64,000 bases of DNA from a bacterium (GTDB lineage: Bacteria; Hinthialibacterota; Hinthialibacteria; Hinthialibacterales; Hinthialibacteraceae), in assembly GCA_041946805.1 (NCBI GenBank), contig JBHGBC010000012.1, positions 1 to 64,000 on the forward strand, read 5' to 3'. Positions 20,122 through 30,791 of this stretch are shown one piece after another. Every line of letters begins with the position of its first letter. Position 1 is the stretch's first letter. The position numbers were made by a program, and so were the translations under genes. The notes below the pieces were generated by a model that did not search any database, was not told the DNA's origin, and worked only from the letters and a program-made list of their open reading frames with translations.

Positions 20122-22038
20122 ATGGAGAAATGGATCGCGTTCGTGGAGGTTCCCGGCCAGTTGGCCGCGGTCCCGGAGGAGTACAGCCTCGTGGCGTTGA
20201 CTCCGGGGGTGGAACTGGTATTGGACCAGGAGAAGCGGGTTTATACCCGCCCCGAGGATTACATCGCGCCGCTCGCCGATGAGCGGTGGGGCTTGGAAAA
20301 TTATACCCGGGTGGAAGCGTTCTGCGCCCGGTTGGACGAGATCCTGGCGAAGCGGGTGGAGGCCGTCGCGGAAGGCCCATTGCGTCCCGCGTCATGGAGC
20401 CTGTTTTTCATCAAGCAGGTGTTCGATCTATTCGCGATCCGGGCGTTGGAATTGCAATCCTTGCTGAAACTGGAAAAGCCGGAGAGGATTCTCTATTTCG
20501 AACGCGAAAAGCCGGGGCCGGACACCGAGTGGCTGCATCCCCGGGAATCGGCATTCGCGGCGGTTTTGGATGTGCTCGCGCCGCCCCTGTCCATCGCCGC
20601 CGAACGGCGGGAGGCGGTTGTTGAGCCGCCGCCCCCTTCATCCCGGAAGCGTTTCACCATCACGCGGTTGGGGGACAGTCTGCGTTACCGGTGGAAGCAG
20701 GCGTTGCGCCTGGTTAGACGGCCGGTTCCGACCGAGGTGGTGTGCCGGGCCTTGTGTCTGGATTACGGTTACAGTTTGCCGTGGATCCTGGAGGAGCTGG
20801 AAAAACGGCGGGGCGATTTCTGGGTGTGGAGGGAGGACGGCGTGATCACCCGGGGCGCCGGCGCGCCCGCGATGCGCCTCGATCCGGCCCGGGATTTTCC
20901 CGAGGAGCGGACGGAGGAACTGCTGCGGGCTATCGCGTCCGATTCCAGAACGCGCGAGCTGGCAGTAGTGGAAGATATCGACTTGTGGTCCCTGTTGGAG
21001 CCCCGGCTGCGGATGTGGATCCGCCGTTCCATTCCCCGGATCCTCCAGGATTATAAGAATGCCTTGCGGATCATCCGCGAATTGCGGCCGGACGTGGTGT
21101 TGACCTCGATGGGACACGCGCCCCGGCAAAAGGCCATCTGCTGGGCGGCGCGCCAGCGGGGCATCCCCCCGGTGATCGCGCGGCATGGGGAACAATTCAT
21201 GCGGGCCTATCCCCGCTTCGCGAACGGCGATCCGGAAACGGCGGACTGGTTTCTATGCTGGGGGCGGTGGGAAGAGAAATGGCTGTACCGGTACAAGCGG
21301 CGGGAGATCCATCCACTGATCGTGGGTGCGCCGATGATCGAGGAAGGGGCGAAGCAGGCCCCTTCGCGGGCCCGGGCGCGCCGGAAGGCCGGGCTGCCGA
21401 TGCGGGGGAAAACCGCGTTGTACGTCCCCACCTTGTTCAGCGGCAACGAGTTTTACATGGGCGACCGGCAGACCAACGACAGCGATTATTTCCGGGACGG
21501 GAAAAAGATCATCCAGGCGCTGTTGGGCATGAAAGGCTGGCGGGTGGCGGTCAAGGAGCATCCCAACCAGTGGGATTCGATCTGGGAAGCGTGGCGTCAA
21601 ACGTTGCCCGAAGCCCGGCGGGTGACGGTGATCCGGACGTTGCGTTTCATCGACTGCCTTTATCTGGCGGACGTGGTGGTGCTCGACGCGCCCTCGACCA
21701 CGCTGGTGCAATCCTTGCTGGGCCGGGGCCATGTATACATCGCCGATCATCCCATCTACCAATGGGAACCGGGGGTGTTGGATTATTTTCATAAACACGG
21801 GATCACCGTATGCCGGGTGGACGAGTTATCCGAACGGCTGCGGCGGGACGAGCAGGCGGGGAAATTCATCCGTCCCGCGGATTACCGGGGATGCCTGGAG
21901 CCGCTGCTATACAAAGGGAAACAAGGCGGTGGAGCGGCGGTCCGGGCGGCCACCGCCCTTCTGGACATAGCCGCCAAGGCCGATCCCATCTATTGGGCGG
22001 CCAGCGCGCTGGATCCCCGGCGGGACGAGGCCGTCTAA
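20122..22038 (+). CDS. Surface carbohydrate biosynthesis protein, possible GT-B fold transferase
   Basis: 638 aa in the operon, with ARHG, VKEHP and DVVVLDAPSTTLVQ segments resembling capsule/sialyltransferase-like GT-B proteins. Confidence 0.55.
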   Translation: MEKWIAFVEVPGQLAAVPEEYSLVALTPGVELVLDQEKRVYTRPEDYIAPLADERWGLENYTRVEAFCARLDEILAKRVEAVAEGPLRPASWSLFFIKQVFDLFAIRALELQSLLKLEKPERILYFEREKPGPDTEWLHPRESAFAAVLDVLAPPLSIAAERREAVVEPPPPSSRKRFTITRLGDSLRYRWKQALRLVRRPVPTEVVCRALCLDYGYSLPWILEELEKRRGDFWVWREDGVITRGAGAPAMRLDPARDFPEERTEELLRAIASDSRTRELAVVEDIDLWSLLEPRLRMWIRRSIPRILQDYKNALRIIRELRPDVVLTSMGHAPRQKAICWAARQRGIPPVIARHGEQFMRAYPRFANGDPETADWFLCWGRWEEKWLYRYKRREIHPLIVGAPMIEEGAKQAPSRARARRKAGLPMRGKTALYVPTLFSGNEFYMGDRQTNDSDYFRDGKKIIQALLGMKGWRVAVKEHPNQWDSIWEAWRQTLPEARRVTVIRTLRFIDCLYLADVVVLDAPSTTLVQSLLGRGHVYIADHPIYQWEPGVLDYFHKHGITVCRVDELSERLRRDEQAGKFIRPADYRGCLEPLLYKGKQGGGAAVRAATALLDIAAKADPIYWAASALDPRRDEAV

Positions 22039-22095
22039 GGGTTTCGGGGCCGCCTCCCGGCGAATATGATAGCGCGAATCATACAAGGAGAGACC

Positions 22096-22995
22096 ATGAC
22101 CGATCCGAACCGATTTGTCCCGGAGTACATCCAGACCGAACCGTGGCCCATCGGCCGCCATGTGTTCGTGATCGCTGAAATCGGCATCAACCACAACGGG
22201 GACTTGGAAATCGCCAAGGCGCTCATCGACATGGCCAAAAGGGCCGATTGCGATGCCGTGAAATTCCAGAAACGCACCCTCGACATTGTCTATACGAAGG
22301 AATTCCTGGATTCCCCGCGGGAAAGTCCCTGGGGGACCACCCAGCGCGCGCAGAAAGAGGCGCTGGAATTCGGGAAGGCCGAATACGACGAGATCGACCG
22401 CTATTGCCAGGAAAAGGGCCTCGCGTGGTTCGCCTCGGCCTGGGACGTGCCCAGCCAGCATTTTCTGCGGCAATACAACCTGCCGTACAACAAGATCGCC
22501 TCGGCCATGATCACCCACCGGGATCTGATCGAGGAAGTGGCCAGCGAGGGGCGGTTGACCTTCATCTCCACCGGCATGAGCACCTACGAGCAGATCGACC
22601 AGGCGGTGGCGGTCTTCGAACGCCATCAGTGCCCCTATGTCCTGATGCACTGCGTTTCGAATTACCCCGCCAACGAGCAGGAACTCAACCTGCGCTGCAT
22701 GGTGGAACTGGGCCGGCGGTACAAGTGTCCGGTGGGCTACAGCGGGCACGAGGTGACGATGATCCCGTCGGTGCTGGCGGCCATGATGGGCGCGGTGGCG
22801 GTCGAACGGCACATTACCCTGGACCGCGCCATGTACGGCAGCGACCAGGCGGCCTCGCTGGAAAAACGCGGCCTGGAACTGTTGACCAGCTACATCCGCA
22901 CGATTCCCCGGGTGATGGGCGACGGCGTCAAGCGGATCACCACCGCCGAGGAAGCCAACGCCAAGAAGCTGCGGTATTGGAAGAGCCATTTTTAG
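22096..22995 (+). CDS. NeuB-family ulosonic acid synthase lacking the C-terminal SAF domain
   Basis: IAEIGINHNGD, DAVKFQKR, KIASA, HCVSNYP, GYSGHE and ERHITLDRAMYGSDQAASL. The protein ends soon after the barrel. Confidence 0.92.
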   Translation: MTDPNRFVPEYIQTEPWPIGRHVFVIAEIGINHNGDLEIAKALIDMAKRADCDAVKFQKRTLDIVYTKEFLDSPRESPWGTTQRAQKEALEFGKAEYDEIDRYCQEKGLAWFASAWDVPSQHFLRQYNLPYNKIASAMITHRDLIEEVASEGRLTFISTGMSTYEQIDQAVAVFERHQCPYVLMHCVSNYPANEQELNLRCMVELGRRYKCPVGYSGHEVTMIPSVLAAMMGAVAVERHITLDRAMYGSDQAASLEKRGLELLTSYIRTIPRVMGDGVKRITTAEEANAKKLRYWKSHF

Positions 22996-23005
22996 GGAGA
23001 ATGCC

Positions 23006-23746
23006 GTGAACAACAAACCCCGAGTGGTGTTGATCATCCAGGCGCGCATGGGATCCACGCGGTTGCCGGGCAAGTCGATGCTGCCGCTGGCGGGCGAACC
23101 GCTGGTGGGGCGGATTCTGGAGCGTGTGAAACGCTGCCGGTTCGTGGATGCGATCGTTCTGGCAATACCCAATTCGCCCCAGGACACCGTGCTGGCGGAC
23201 CTGGGCGAACGGCATGGGGTGGCCGTGTTCCGGGGCAGCGAGAACGATCTCCTGGACCGTTATTACCAGGCCGCGCAATGGCATGGGGCGGACATCGTGG
23301 GGAGGCTGCCGGCCGACAATCCCGTTCCCGAGCCGGAGGAGATCGACCGCATCGCCGCATATCACGCGCAAGGCGGCTGCGATTTTTCCTCGAACCTGGC
23401 GCCCGTCTTCGGCAACAACTACCCGGACGGCATCGGGTCGGAGATGATCAGTTTTCCCGCGCTGGAACAGGCGTGGAAAAACCACCATGAGCCGGACCGG
23501 CGCGAGCACGTGCACCTCAATTTCTTCAATTACAAGACGCAGCAGGCCGTGCCGCCGTTCACGGTGGGGACGATTCCCTGCCCCAAGGAATTCGCCCGGC
23601 CGGACCTGGTGCTGGACGTGAACACGCGGGAGCAATACGAATTCATGGCGGCGCTGTATGAGTACCACTATCCCCGCAATCCACGCTTCCACATTACGGA
23701 GGTCATCCAGTGGCACGATCGGGTGTACCGGGGGAAGCCGGCATGA
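23006..23746 (+). CDS. SpsF-like cytidylyltransferase
   Basis: IIQARMGSTRLPGK, FRGSENDLLDRY and REHV motifs. Confidence 0.88.
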   Translation: MNNKPRVVLIIQARMGSTRLPGKSMLPLAGEPLVGRILERVKRCRFVDAIVLAIPNSPQDTVLADLGERHGVAVFRGSENDLLDRYYQAAQWHGADIVGRLPADNPVPEPEEIDRIAAYHAQGGCDFSSNLAPVFGNNYPDGIGSEMISFPALEQAWKNHHEPDRREHVHLNFFNYKTQQAVPPFTVGTIPCPKEFARPDLVLDVNTREQYEFMAALYEYHYPRNPRFHITEVIQWHDRVYRGKPA

Positions 23747-24108
23747 TCTATTGCTTTGACGTGGACGGAACCCTCTGCACCAACACCGAGGGCGAGTATG
23801 AAAAGGCCGTGCCGTTTTCCGATGTCATCGAACAGGTCAACCGCCTGTATGAGGAAGGCCACGAGATCCTGCTGCTGACCGCGCGCGGTTCGACCACGAA
23901 CATCGACTGGCGGGCCGCCACCGAGCGGCAACTGCGGGACTGGGGCGTGAAGTACCACCGGCTGTACCTGGGCAAGCCCACCGCGCAGGTGTATATCGAC
24001 GACAAAGCCATCAACCTGGCCGACTGGGTGAAGCAGGGCTTCGACGCGCGCCTGCCGGCCCAGCCGGACTTGATCCGGAAGGATAAACAACCGAAGGAAA
24101 ATCCATGA
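23743..24108 (+). CDS. Small HAD phosphatase (capsule biosynthesis type)
   Basis: FDVDGTL, LTARG, GKP and YIDDKA motifs. ATGA overlap with the upstream gene. Confidence 0.85.
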   Translation: MIYCFDVDGTLCTNTEGEYEKAVPFSDVIEQVNRLYEEGHEILLLTARGSTTNIDWRAATERQLRDWGVKYHRLYLGKPTAQVYIDDKAINLADWVKQGFDARLPAQPDLIRKDKQPKENP

Positions 24109-25097
24109 GCGAAGCGAAACGGGTAGTGTATTACAACGGCGGATTCGTGCCGGAAAACGAGGCGCGGATTTCCATCTACGATTCGGCCTTGATGTTCGGC
24201 GACATGGTCTTCGAGATGACCCGCTCGTTCAACAAGAAGCAGTTCAAGTTGCGCGAGCACCTGGAGCGGCTTTACGCCTCGATCAAGATGGTGCGCATCC
24301 CCCTGGCCATGACGATGGAGGAAATGGAGCAGGCGGTTTACCAGACCATCGAGGCCAACGAACCGGCCTTCGGCGCGGATGACGAGCACCGGGTGATGAT
24401 CGACGTCTCCCGCGGGCTGCTTTCGATCTACCAGGGCACCGTGGGCGGCCGCCCGGGGCCGAACGTGATCATCGCCGATTTCCCCCTGCGCTGGACGGTC
24501 GCGGGCCTGGGGAAATTATTCGAGACGGGGATCAACTGCGTCATCCCCTCGCAGCGGGCCATCCCGGCCTATCTGCTCGATCCGAAAATCAAGAACCGCA
24601 GCCGCCTGCATTACTTGATGGCCAATATCGAAGTCTCCCAGTACGAGGGCGATAACAATTGGGCGCTGCTGCTCGATCCCGACGGTTTCATCACCGAGGG
24701 CACGGGCGATAACTTCTTCATCGTGAAGGACAACGTCATCATCTCGCCGGAGGGCCGCAATATCCTGCGGGGCATCAGCCGGGCGTATGTCATGAACGAA
24801 CTCGCGCCGCAGTTGGGCCTGGCGGTGGTGGAGAAGAATTTCGAAGCCTACGACGTCATACAGGCGGATGAGGCCTTCATCACCGGCACGCCGTTCTGCA
24901 TTTTGCCCGTGACCGCGCTCAACCGCGCGCCCATCGGAGGCGGCGGCGCGGGGCCCGTCACCCGCCGGCTCCTGGAACAATGGAGCCACAACACCGGCGT
25001 GGACATCATCCGGCAGATCCAGGATTGGAATCTGGCGGATGAGAAGAAACGCGCCGAGGGGCCCTCGCCCTATTCGTTCAAGAGTCACGCGAAATGA
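24105..25097 (+). CDS. Class IV PLP aminotransferase (IlvE/Dat-like)
   Basis: FGDMVFE, EHLERL, EGTGDNFF, ILRGISR and ADEAFITGT motifs. Confidence 0.88.
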   Translation: MSEAKRVVYYNGGFVPENEARISIYDSALMFGDMVFEMTRSFNKKQFKLREHLERLYASIKMVRIPLAMTMEEMEQAVYQTIEANEPAFGADDEHRVMIDVSRGLLSIYQGTVGGRPGPNVIIADFPLRWTVAGLGKLFETGINCVIPSQRAIPAYLLDPKIKNRSRLHYLMANIEVSQYEGDNNWALLLDPDGFITEGTGDNFFIVKDNVIISPEGRNILRGISRAYVMNELAPQLGLAVVEKNFEAYDVIQADEAFITGTPFCILPVTALNRAPIGGGGAGPVTRRLLEQWSHNTGVDIIRQIQDWNLADEKKRAEGPSPYSFKSHAK

Positions 25098-25948
25098 CGG
25101 CCCGGCTCGGTATGATCCAAGGACGCCTCTCGCCGCCGGTGGGCGAATATTTCCAGATCTTCCCCGCCGCGAGTTGGAGGGAAGAGTTCGCGCGCGCCCG
25201 CGAGCTGGGATTGGATTACATCGAATGGGTGCTCGACGCCGTCACGTTGAAAGAAACACCCTTATTGACGGCGGCGGGGCGGAAAGAGATCCGTCGGCTC
25301 ATCGAGGAAACTGGCACGCGGATTGGGGCGGTGTGCGGCGATTATTTCCGGGATGTACCCTTGATCCGCGTAACGGGGAACGAGTTGGAAACGCGGCTGG
25401 ATTATTTGAAAGACGTGATCGGCTATTGCGCCGAGCTCGAGATCCCCAGCGTGATGATTCCCTTCGTGGATCACGCGGCCATGGCCAACGAGGACGAAAT
25501 CGCGCAGGCGCGAAAAGCATTGCGGGCCGTGCTGCCCTTCGCGGAAGAACGGGGCGTGACGGTCACGCTGGAAACATCCCTGGACGCGCCGCGGTACAGA
25601 CGGTTTTTGGAAGACATCGGCCATCCCGCGCTGCGGGTGACGTACGACATCGGCGATTGCGCCAGCCTGGGGCATGATCTCCGCGAAGATATCTTTCGGT
25701 TGCGGGATTGGATCCACACCGTCCACGTGAAGGACCGCGTACGGGGCGGTGGAACGGTGGTCCCGGGCACGGGCAGCGCGGATTTCGACGCCGTGTTCGC
25801 GGCCTTGGCGGAGATTGGATATTCAGGGCCGTTCACCCTGCAATGCGCGCGCGAGACGCCGGGCGAGGAAGTCCCAACCGCGCGGAAAAACATCGCCTTC
25901 GTGAAACACTATCTGGCTCGTTATGGATTCCACCATGAAATCGGTTAG
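25094..25948 (+). CDS. Sugar-phosphate isomerase/epimerase (xylose isomerase-like TIM barrel)
   Basis: LGMIQGRLSP, LETSL, YDIG and VHVKDR motifs. Confidence 0.85.
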   Translation: MTARLGMIQGRLSPPVGEYFQIFPAASWREEFARARELGLDYIEWVLDAVTLKETPLLTAAGRKEIRRLIEETGTRIGAVCGDYFRDVPLIRVTGNELETRLDYLKDVIGYCAELEIPSVMIPFVDHAAMANEDEIAQARKALRAVLPFAEERGVTVTLETSLDAPRYRRFLEDIGHPALRVTYDIGDCASLGHDLREDIFRLRDWIHTVHVKDRVRGGGTVVPGTGSADFDAVFAALAEIGYSGPFTLQCARETPGEEVPTARKNIAFVKHYLARYGFHHEIG

Positions 25949-26765
25949 GGATGCGTTTGACTTATCCAGCCGGGTGATCGCCATTACCGGCGGCGCGGGG
26001 CTTTTGGGTGTCCAACATGGCGAGGCGGTGGCCGGGATGGGCGGCATCCCGGTGCTGCTCGATCTCGACCAAGACCGGGCGGCAGCGGCGGCCCTGGGCA
26101 TCGCGCAACGGTGTGGCGGCGAGGCGGCGGGGCTGGCCTGCGACATCACGCAACGCGGGGATATCGAAACCGTCCTGGATTTGATACTCGCCCGATGGGG
26201 ACGCATCGATGGGCTGGTCAACAACGCCGCTAACAACCCCAAGGTGGAAGACGCGAAAAGCCAAGCCTGGTCGCGGCTGGAGAATTTTCCCCTGGAGCAA
26301 TGGAACCAGGATATCGCCGTGGGCGTGACCGGGGCGTTCCTGTGTTCCCAGGTATTGGGCGCGGAAATGGCGCGGCGCGGCCGGGGGGTGATCGTCAACG
26401 TGGCTTCGGACTTGGCGGTCATTGCGCCGGACCAGCGTCTCTACCGCAAGGAGGGATTGCCTGACGACCAACAGCCGGTCAAGCCGGTGACGTATTCCGT
26501 GGTGAAGACCGCGCTGATCGGCTTGACCCGCTATATGGCCACCTATTGGGCGGACCGGGGCGTGCGGGTGAACGCGATCTCGCCCGGCGGGGTATTCAAT
26601 AATCAGGATGAAGTGTTTTTGAGCCGCATCCGCCCCCTGATTCCCCTCGGCCGCATGGCGGAGCGGGACGAATATCAGGCGGCGATGGTGTTTCTGCTTT
26701 CGGACGCGTCATCTTACATGACCGGGCAGAATTTGATCATCGACGGGGGGCGGTCGTGCTGGTGA
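25935..26765 (+). CDS. SDR oxidoreductase
   Basis: TGGAGLLG, NNAA, YSVVK and VRVNAISPGG motifs. Confidence 0.92.
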   Translation: MKSVRDAFDLSSRVIAITGGAGLLGVQHGEAVAGMGGIPVLLDLDQDRAAAAALGIAQRCGGEAAGLACDITQRGDIETVLDLILARWGRIDGLVNNAANNPKVEDAKSQAWSRLENFPLEQWNQDIAVGVTGAFLCSQVLGAEMARRGRGVIVNVASDLAVIAPDQRLYRKEGLPDDQQPVKPVTYSVVKTALIGLTRYMATYWADRGVRVNAISPGGVFNNQDEVFLSRIRPLIPLGRMAERDEYQAAMVFLLSDASSYMTGQNLIIDGGRSCW

Positions 26766-26840
26766 GGAATATGGGGAGTGAACCACAGGCGCCGCAGAGA
26801 AAAATCCGGGGGGACACCGTAATCCGACGCTGTATAAAAT

Positions 26841-27120
26841 CCCTCACCCCGGCCCTCTCCCAAAGGGAGAGGGAGCGGATAAGGAAGGTGGCGGATCGGT
26901 AGGGTGGCTTCAAAGCGCGGTGTAATCCATCTCGATGTTGGTCCCCACCGGTCGTATCCCCGCAGGGGATTGCATTTGAGTAGCCGTAGGTTTTAACCTA
27001 CGGCCAAGCTTCGCAACTCTGTATAACCTACCCCTCTTCCTCTAGGAGAGGGCCAGGGCGAGGGAAGCCAGACAGGGCCATTTCAAGCCGATACAGGGGC
27101 ACGTGGCAACGTGCCCCGAC
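26841..27120. repeat. Composite REP cluster
   Basis: Family A forward at 26841-26874 and reverse at 27031-27064. ATCCCCGCAGGGGAT...CCGTAGGTT-TT-AACCTACGG at 26956-27003. GGGGCACGTGGCAACGTGCCCC at 27096-27117. Confidence 0.8.
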
Positions 27121-27192
27121 GAAGGATTTGCGTCATTCCGGCGTCGGCATTTCGCCATCGATTTTAGAAGAACGGATAACATCCAAACACCC

Positions 27193-28185
27193 ATGAACCA
27201 CAATTCCTGGAAAATCCTGGTGACCACGGTTCCCTTCGGGGAGGCCGATCCCGCGCCGCTCGAATTGCTGAAATCGGCGGAGGTTCATTTCGACATCAAT
27301 CCCTTCGGCCGGCGGTTTCAAGAAGACGAGTTGGCGGAACGGATCGGCCCCTACCATGTGCTCATCGCGGGGACGGAACCGATCACCCGGCGGGTGATGG
27401 AACAGGCACCGAACCTGAAACATATTTCACGGGTGGGGATCGGCCTCGACAGCGTGGACCTGGCGGCGGCGCGGGAGTTGGGCATTCAGGTTTCGTACAC
27501 CCCCGACGCGCCCGCCCCGGCGGTGGCCGAAATGGCCGTCGCTCAGATGCTCAACCTGCTTCGCTGCCTTCCCCAGGCGGACCGGGGCATGCGCCGGGGG
27601 ATCTGGAAGAGGCTCATGGGCCGTCGGCTGTCCGAATGCGTGGTGGGGATCATCGGCCTCGGGCGCATCGGCAAGCGGGTGGCGCGGCATCTGTCCGGCT
27701 TCGGCCCGAAAATCCTGGTGAACGACATCGCACCGGATTTGGAGTTCATCGAGAAGCATGGACTTCTTTTTGTGGAGAAAGAACGGATCTACGCGGAGGC
27801 CGATATCATCACGCTCCATGTTCCCTTGACCATGGAAACGCATGGGCTGATCGGGCCACGCGAGTTGGCGAGGATGAAACCGGACGCGTTGCTGATCAAT
27901 ACCGCGCGGGGCGGGATCGTCGAGGAATCCGCGTTGGCCGCGGCGCTGCGTTCGGGAAAGCTGGGCGGCGCGGCGGTCGATGTGTTTGAGCAAGAACCAT
28001 ACACGGGTGAACTGACCGGGCTGGAGAACTGCCTGCTCACTTGCCACATGGGCTCCTGCTCGGTGGATTGCCGGGCGCGGATGGAGCGCGAGGCCACGGA
28101 AGAGGCTGTTCGGTTCATTCAAAACAAGCCGCTTCAGGGTTTAGTTCCGGAATCCGAATATCTCGCGCGGGGAGTACGCACATGA
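27193..28185 (+). CDS. D-2-hydroxyacid dehydrogenase (SerA-like)
   Basis: RVGIGLD, GLGRIG, LHVPL, INTARG and DVFEQEP motifs. Confidence 0.9.
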   Translation: MNHNSWKILVTTVPFGEADPAPLELLKSAEVHFDINPFGRRFQEDELAERIGPYHVLIAGTEPITRRVMEQAPNLKHISRVGIGLDSVDLAAARELGIQVSYTPDAPAPAVAEMAVAQMLNLLRCLPQADRGMRRGIWKRLMGRRLSECVVGIIGLGRIGKRVARHLSGFGPKILVNDIAPDLEFIEKHGLLFVEKERIYAEADIITLHVPLTMETHGLIGPRELARMKPDALLINTARGGIVEESALAAALRSGKLGGAAVDVFEQEPYTGELTGLENCLLTCHMGSCSVDCRARMEREATEEAVRFIQNKPLQGLVPESEYLARGVRT

Positions 28186-29087
28186 AATCGGTCGTGGTGG
28201 GCGGTTCCGGATTTTTGGGCAGCCATGTGGCGGACAAGTTGACGGACACCGGCCACGAAGTAGTGATCTACGATCTGGCCGAATCGCCTTATACGCGTTC
28301 GGACCAGACCATGGTGACCGGCAATATCATGGATCTGGAGCGCCTGTGCGCGGTCATCCAGGGCGCGGATTATGTATATCACTTCGCCGGGGTGGCGGAC
28401 ATCCAGCAGGCGGCCGAGGAGCCGTTGAAGACCATCGAGTACAACATCCTGGGCACCACTTACGTGCTGGAGGCCTGCCGGCGGGCGGGAGTGAAGCGGT
28501 TCATCTTTTCCAGCTCGATTTACGTTTACAGCCACATGGGTTCGTTCTACCGCGCGTCCAAGCAAGCCTGCGAGAAGATCATCCAAAATTACCAGGAAGA
28601 TTTCGGCTTGCCCTTCACGGTGCTGCGGTTTGGCTCGCTCTACGGCCCCCGCGCCAATCAGTACAACATCATCCGCGTCTATCTCGAACAGGCCATGCGG
28701 GAAAAGCGTATCTACCGCCACGGGAACGGCGATGAGCTGCGGGAGTACATCCACGTGCTCGACGCGGCCGAGGCCAGCGTCCGGATACTGGATCCGAAAT
28801 TCGAGAACCAGTTCGTCATCATCACCGGCCCGCAATCCATGCGCGTGCGCGATTTGCTGATCATGATCCGCGAGATCCTCAACAACGAGGTGGAAATCGA
28901 ATTCGGCCCGCCGGAACGGATTTATCACTACCGCGTCACGCCGTATTCCTACCGCCCGGAAAAGGCGCTCAAACTGGTGCTGGACACCTATCACGACCTG
29001 GGCATGGGGCTGCTGGACATCGTGTACGAAGTCGGCGAACAACTGCACAAGGAAAATCCGCCCGGCACGATCGAATCCACGAAATAA
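28182..29087 (+). CDS. NAD-dependent epimerase/dehydratase
   Basis: GGSGFLG, YRASK, LRFGSLYGP and REYIHVLD motifs. Confidence 0.9.
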   Translation: MKSVVVGGSGFLGSHVADKLTDTGHEVVIYDLAESPYTRSDQTMVTGNIMDLERLCAVIQGADYVYHFAGVADIQQAAEEPLKTIEYNILGTTYVLEACRRAGVKRFIFSSSIYVYSHMGSFYRASKQACEKIIQNYQEDFGLPFTVLRFGSLYGPRANQYNIIRVYLEQAMREKRIYRHGNGDELREYIHVLDAAEASVRILDPKFENQFVIITGPQSMRVRDLLIMIREILNNEVEIEFGPPERIYHYRVTPYSYRPEKALKLVLDTYHDLGMGLLDIVYEVGEQLHKENPPGTIESTK

Positions 29088-29105
29088 AAAAAAACGGAAA
29101 CCCTG

Positions 29106-30269
29106 ATGAACTCCCCCACCAATCCCGTCAAACGCTATGACAAGGCCAACAGTTTCGTCGAGATCCGCACGAAAGGCGGGGCGCGCGAGGACGCGCTCCG
29201 GCGCATCCGGGAATTGCGGGACCGTTTGGATCTGAACCATCCGCGGGATCATCGCATGAAGATCCTGCAACGGGCCTTCGCGGACCTGCTGGACGAGCCG
29301 CGGCCCGAGGGCGTTCCCCGTTTTGAACTCAAGCCACACGTGATCGAGGAAATCCGGCGGACCGCGGACGAGCACCTGCCCCGCTATCTATTCTACCGCT
29401 ACCGTTACGACCTGTTCCCCCGTCTCAAGGAACTGGACGATTATCCGCCCTGCGTGCAAATCGAACCCACCTCGATCTGCAACTACCGCTGTGTCTTCTG
29501 CTACCAGATCGACAAGGTCTTCACCACGCGCAAGAACGGCCACATGGGCATGATGCCCTTGGACCTGTTCAAACGGGTGGTGGATGAACTCGAAGGCCAA
29601 TGCGAGGCGGTGACGCTGGCCTCGCGGGGCGAACCGCTGCTGTACCCGGATATCGAGGCCATGCTGGAGTACCTGCGGGGCAAGTTTCTGGGGCTCAAGA
29701 TCAACACCAACGCGTGGTATCTCGATGAACGCAAGGCGCACGCCATCCTGCAATCGGGTATGAACACTCTGGTGTTCTCGGCGGACGCGGCGGAAGAGCC
29801 GTTGTACAGCCAGCTGCGGGTCAACGGCCAGTTGGAGCGGGTGGTGAGCAACATCCGGCTTTTTCAGCAAATCCGCGGGAAGCACTATCCCGATTCCCAG
29901 CTCATCACCCGGGTCTCGGGAGTGCGTTTCAGCGATCAACAGAACCTGGACGCCATGGAAGCGTTCTGGGGCGGCCTGGTGGATCAGGTGGCCTTCGTCG
30001 ACTACAACCCGTGGGAAAACTCGTACGACCGCCCGGTCAATGACATCACCACGCCCTGCTCGGACTTGTGGCGGCGGATGTTCGTCTGGTTCGACGGAAC
30101 CGTCAATCCCTGCGATGTCGATTACCGTTCCACCCTGGCGGTGGGGAACGTCAAGGATCAACCGTTGCGGAATCTTTGGCAGGGAGAAAAATACACCGCA
30201 TTGCGCGAGGCGCATCTCCAGCAACGCCGCGGCACGATTTCTCCCTGCAACCGCTGCGCGCTGGTTTGA
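29106..30269 (+). CDS. Radical SAM protein with SPASM/twitch domain
   Basis: CNYRCVFC and GEPLL, plus C-terminal C...DGTVNPC...CNRC. Confidence 0.9.
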   Translation: MNSPTNPVKRYDKANSFVEIRTKGGAREDALRRIRELRDRLDLNHPRDHRMKILQRAFADLLDEPRPEGVPRFELKPHVIEEIRRTADEHLPRYLFYRYRYDLFPRLKELDDYPPCVQIEPTSICNYRCVFCYQIDKVFTTRKNGHMGMMPLDLFKRVVDELEGQCEAVTLASRGEPLLYPDIEAMLEYLRGKFLGLKINTNAWYLDERKAHAILQSGMNTLVFSADAAEEPLYSQLRVNGQLERVVSNIRLFQQIRGKHYPDSQLITRVSGVRFSDQQNLDAMEAFWGGLVDQVAFVDYNPWENSYDRPVNDITTPCSDLWRRMFVWFDGTVNPCDVDYRSTLAVGNVKDQPLRNLWQGEKYTALREAHLQQRRGTISPCNRCALV

Positions 30270-30337
30270 GGGATAGAATTACGCACGGCTCAACGGGACG
30301 TTATCCCCATGAAAGTGGAAAGGCAGTGATACTGCAG

Positions 30338-30711
30338 ATAGGGGCATGTTGCATGTAGGGGCACGTTGCAACGTGCCCCTACTTTGGTGGGCCAAGGTTT
30401 TTCGTATCAAATCGAAATAGTAATCCTTGAAGGAAGTTTTTTCCCTCACCCCGGACCTCTCCCAAAGGGAGAGGGAGCGGATGAAGAGGGCGGTATCGAT
30501 GGGTTACACTACGCTAATCCATCCTACATTTCCGATCTTCTTGGTCATCCTGACCATCCGGATTCAGACAAAAACCGATACCCTCTCCCAGAGGGAGAGG
30601 GGAAAGAGAAACAGAGATTCGCAGGTTGGATCAGCGAAGCTTTACTTATTAATATTTTTAATCTACCCATATCCTGATCATCCTGTTCATCCTGGATATC
30701 CTGATTCAGAC
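30338..30711. repeat. Composite REP and short tandem repeat cluster
   Basis: Perfect 28-bp palindrome GTAGGGGCACGTTGCAACGTGCCCCTAC at 30355-30382. Family A at 30443-30476 and 30581-30602. Reverse GTAG-type at 30498-30527. ATCCTGNNN 9-bp repeats at 30538-30569 and 30671-30711. Confidence 0.8.
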
Positions 30712-30791
30712 TGATACATATCCTGCCCAATCGCATTTTGTGATTGTATTCACTGATCAGCCCAATTCCTAGGATCAAAAAGGTTATCGTT

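Noticed and set aside
29086..29094. A9 run as a phase-variation site
   Set aside because: It lies at and after a stop codon and changes no reading frame.
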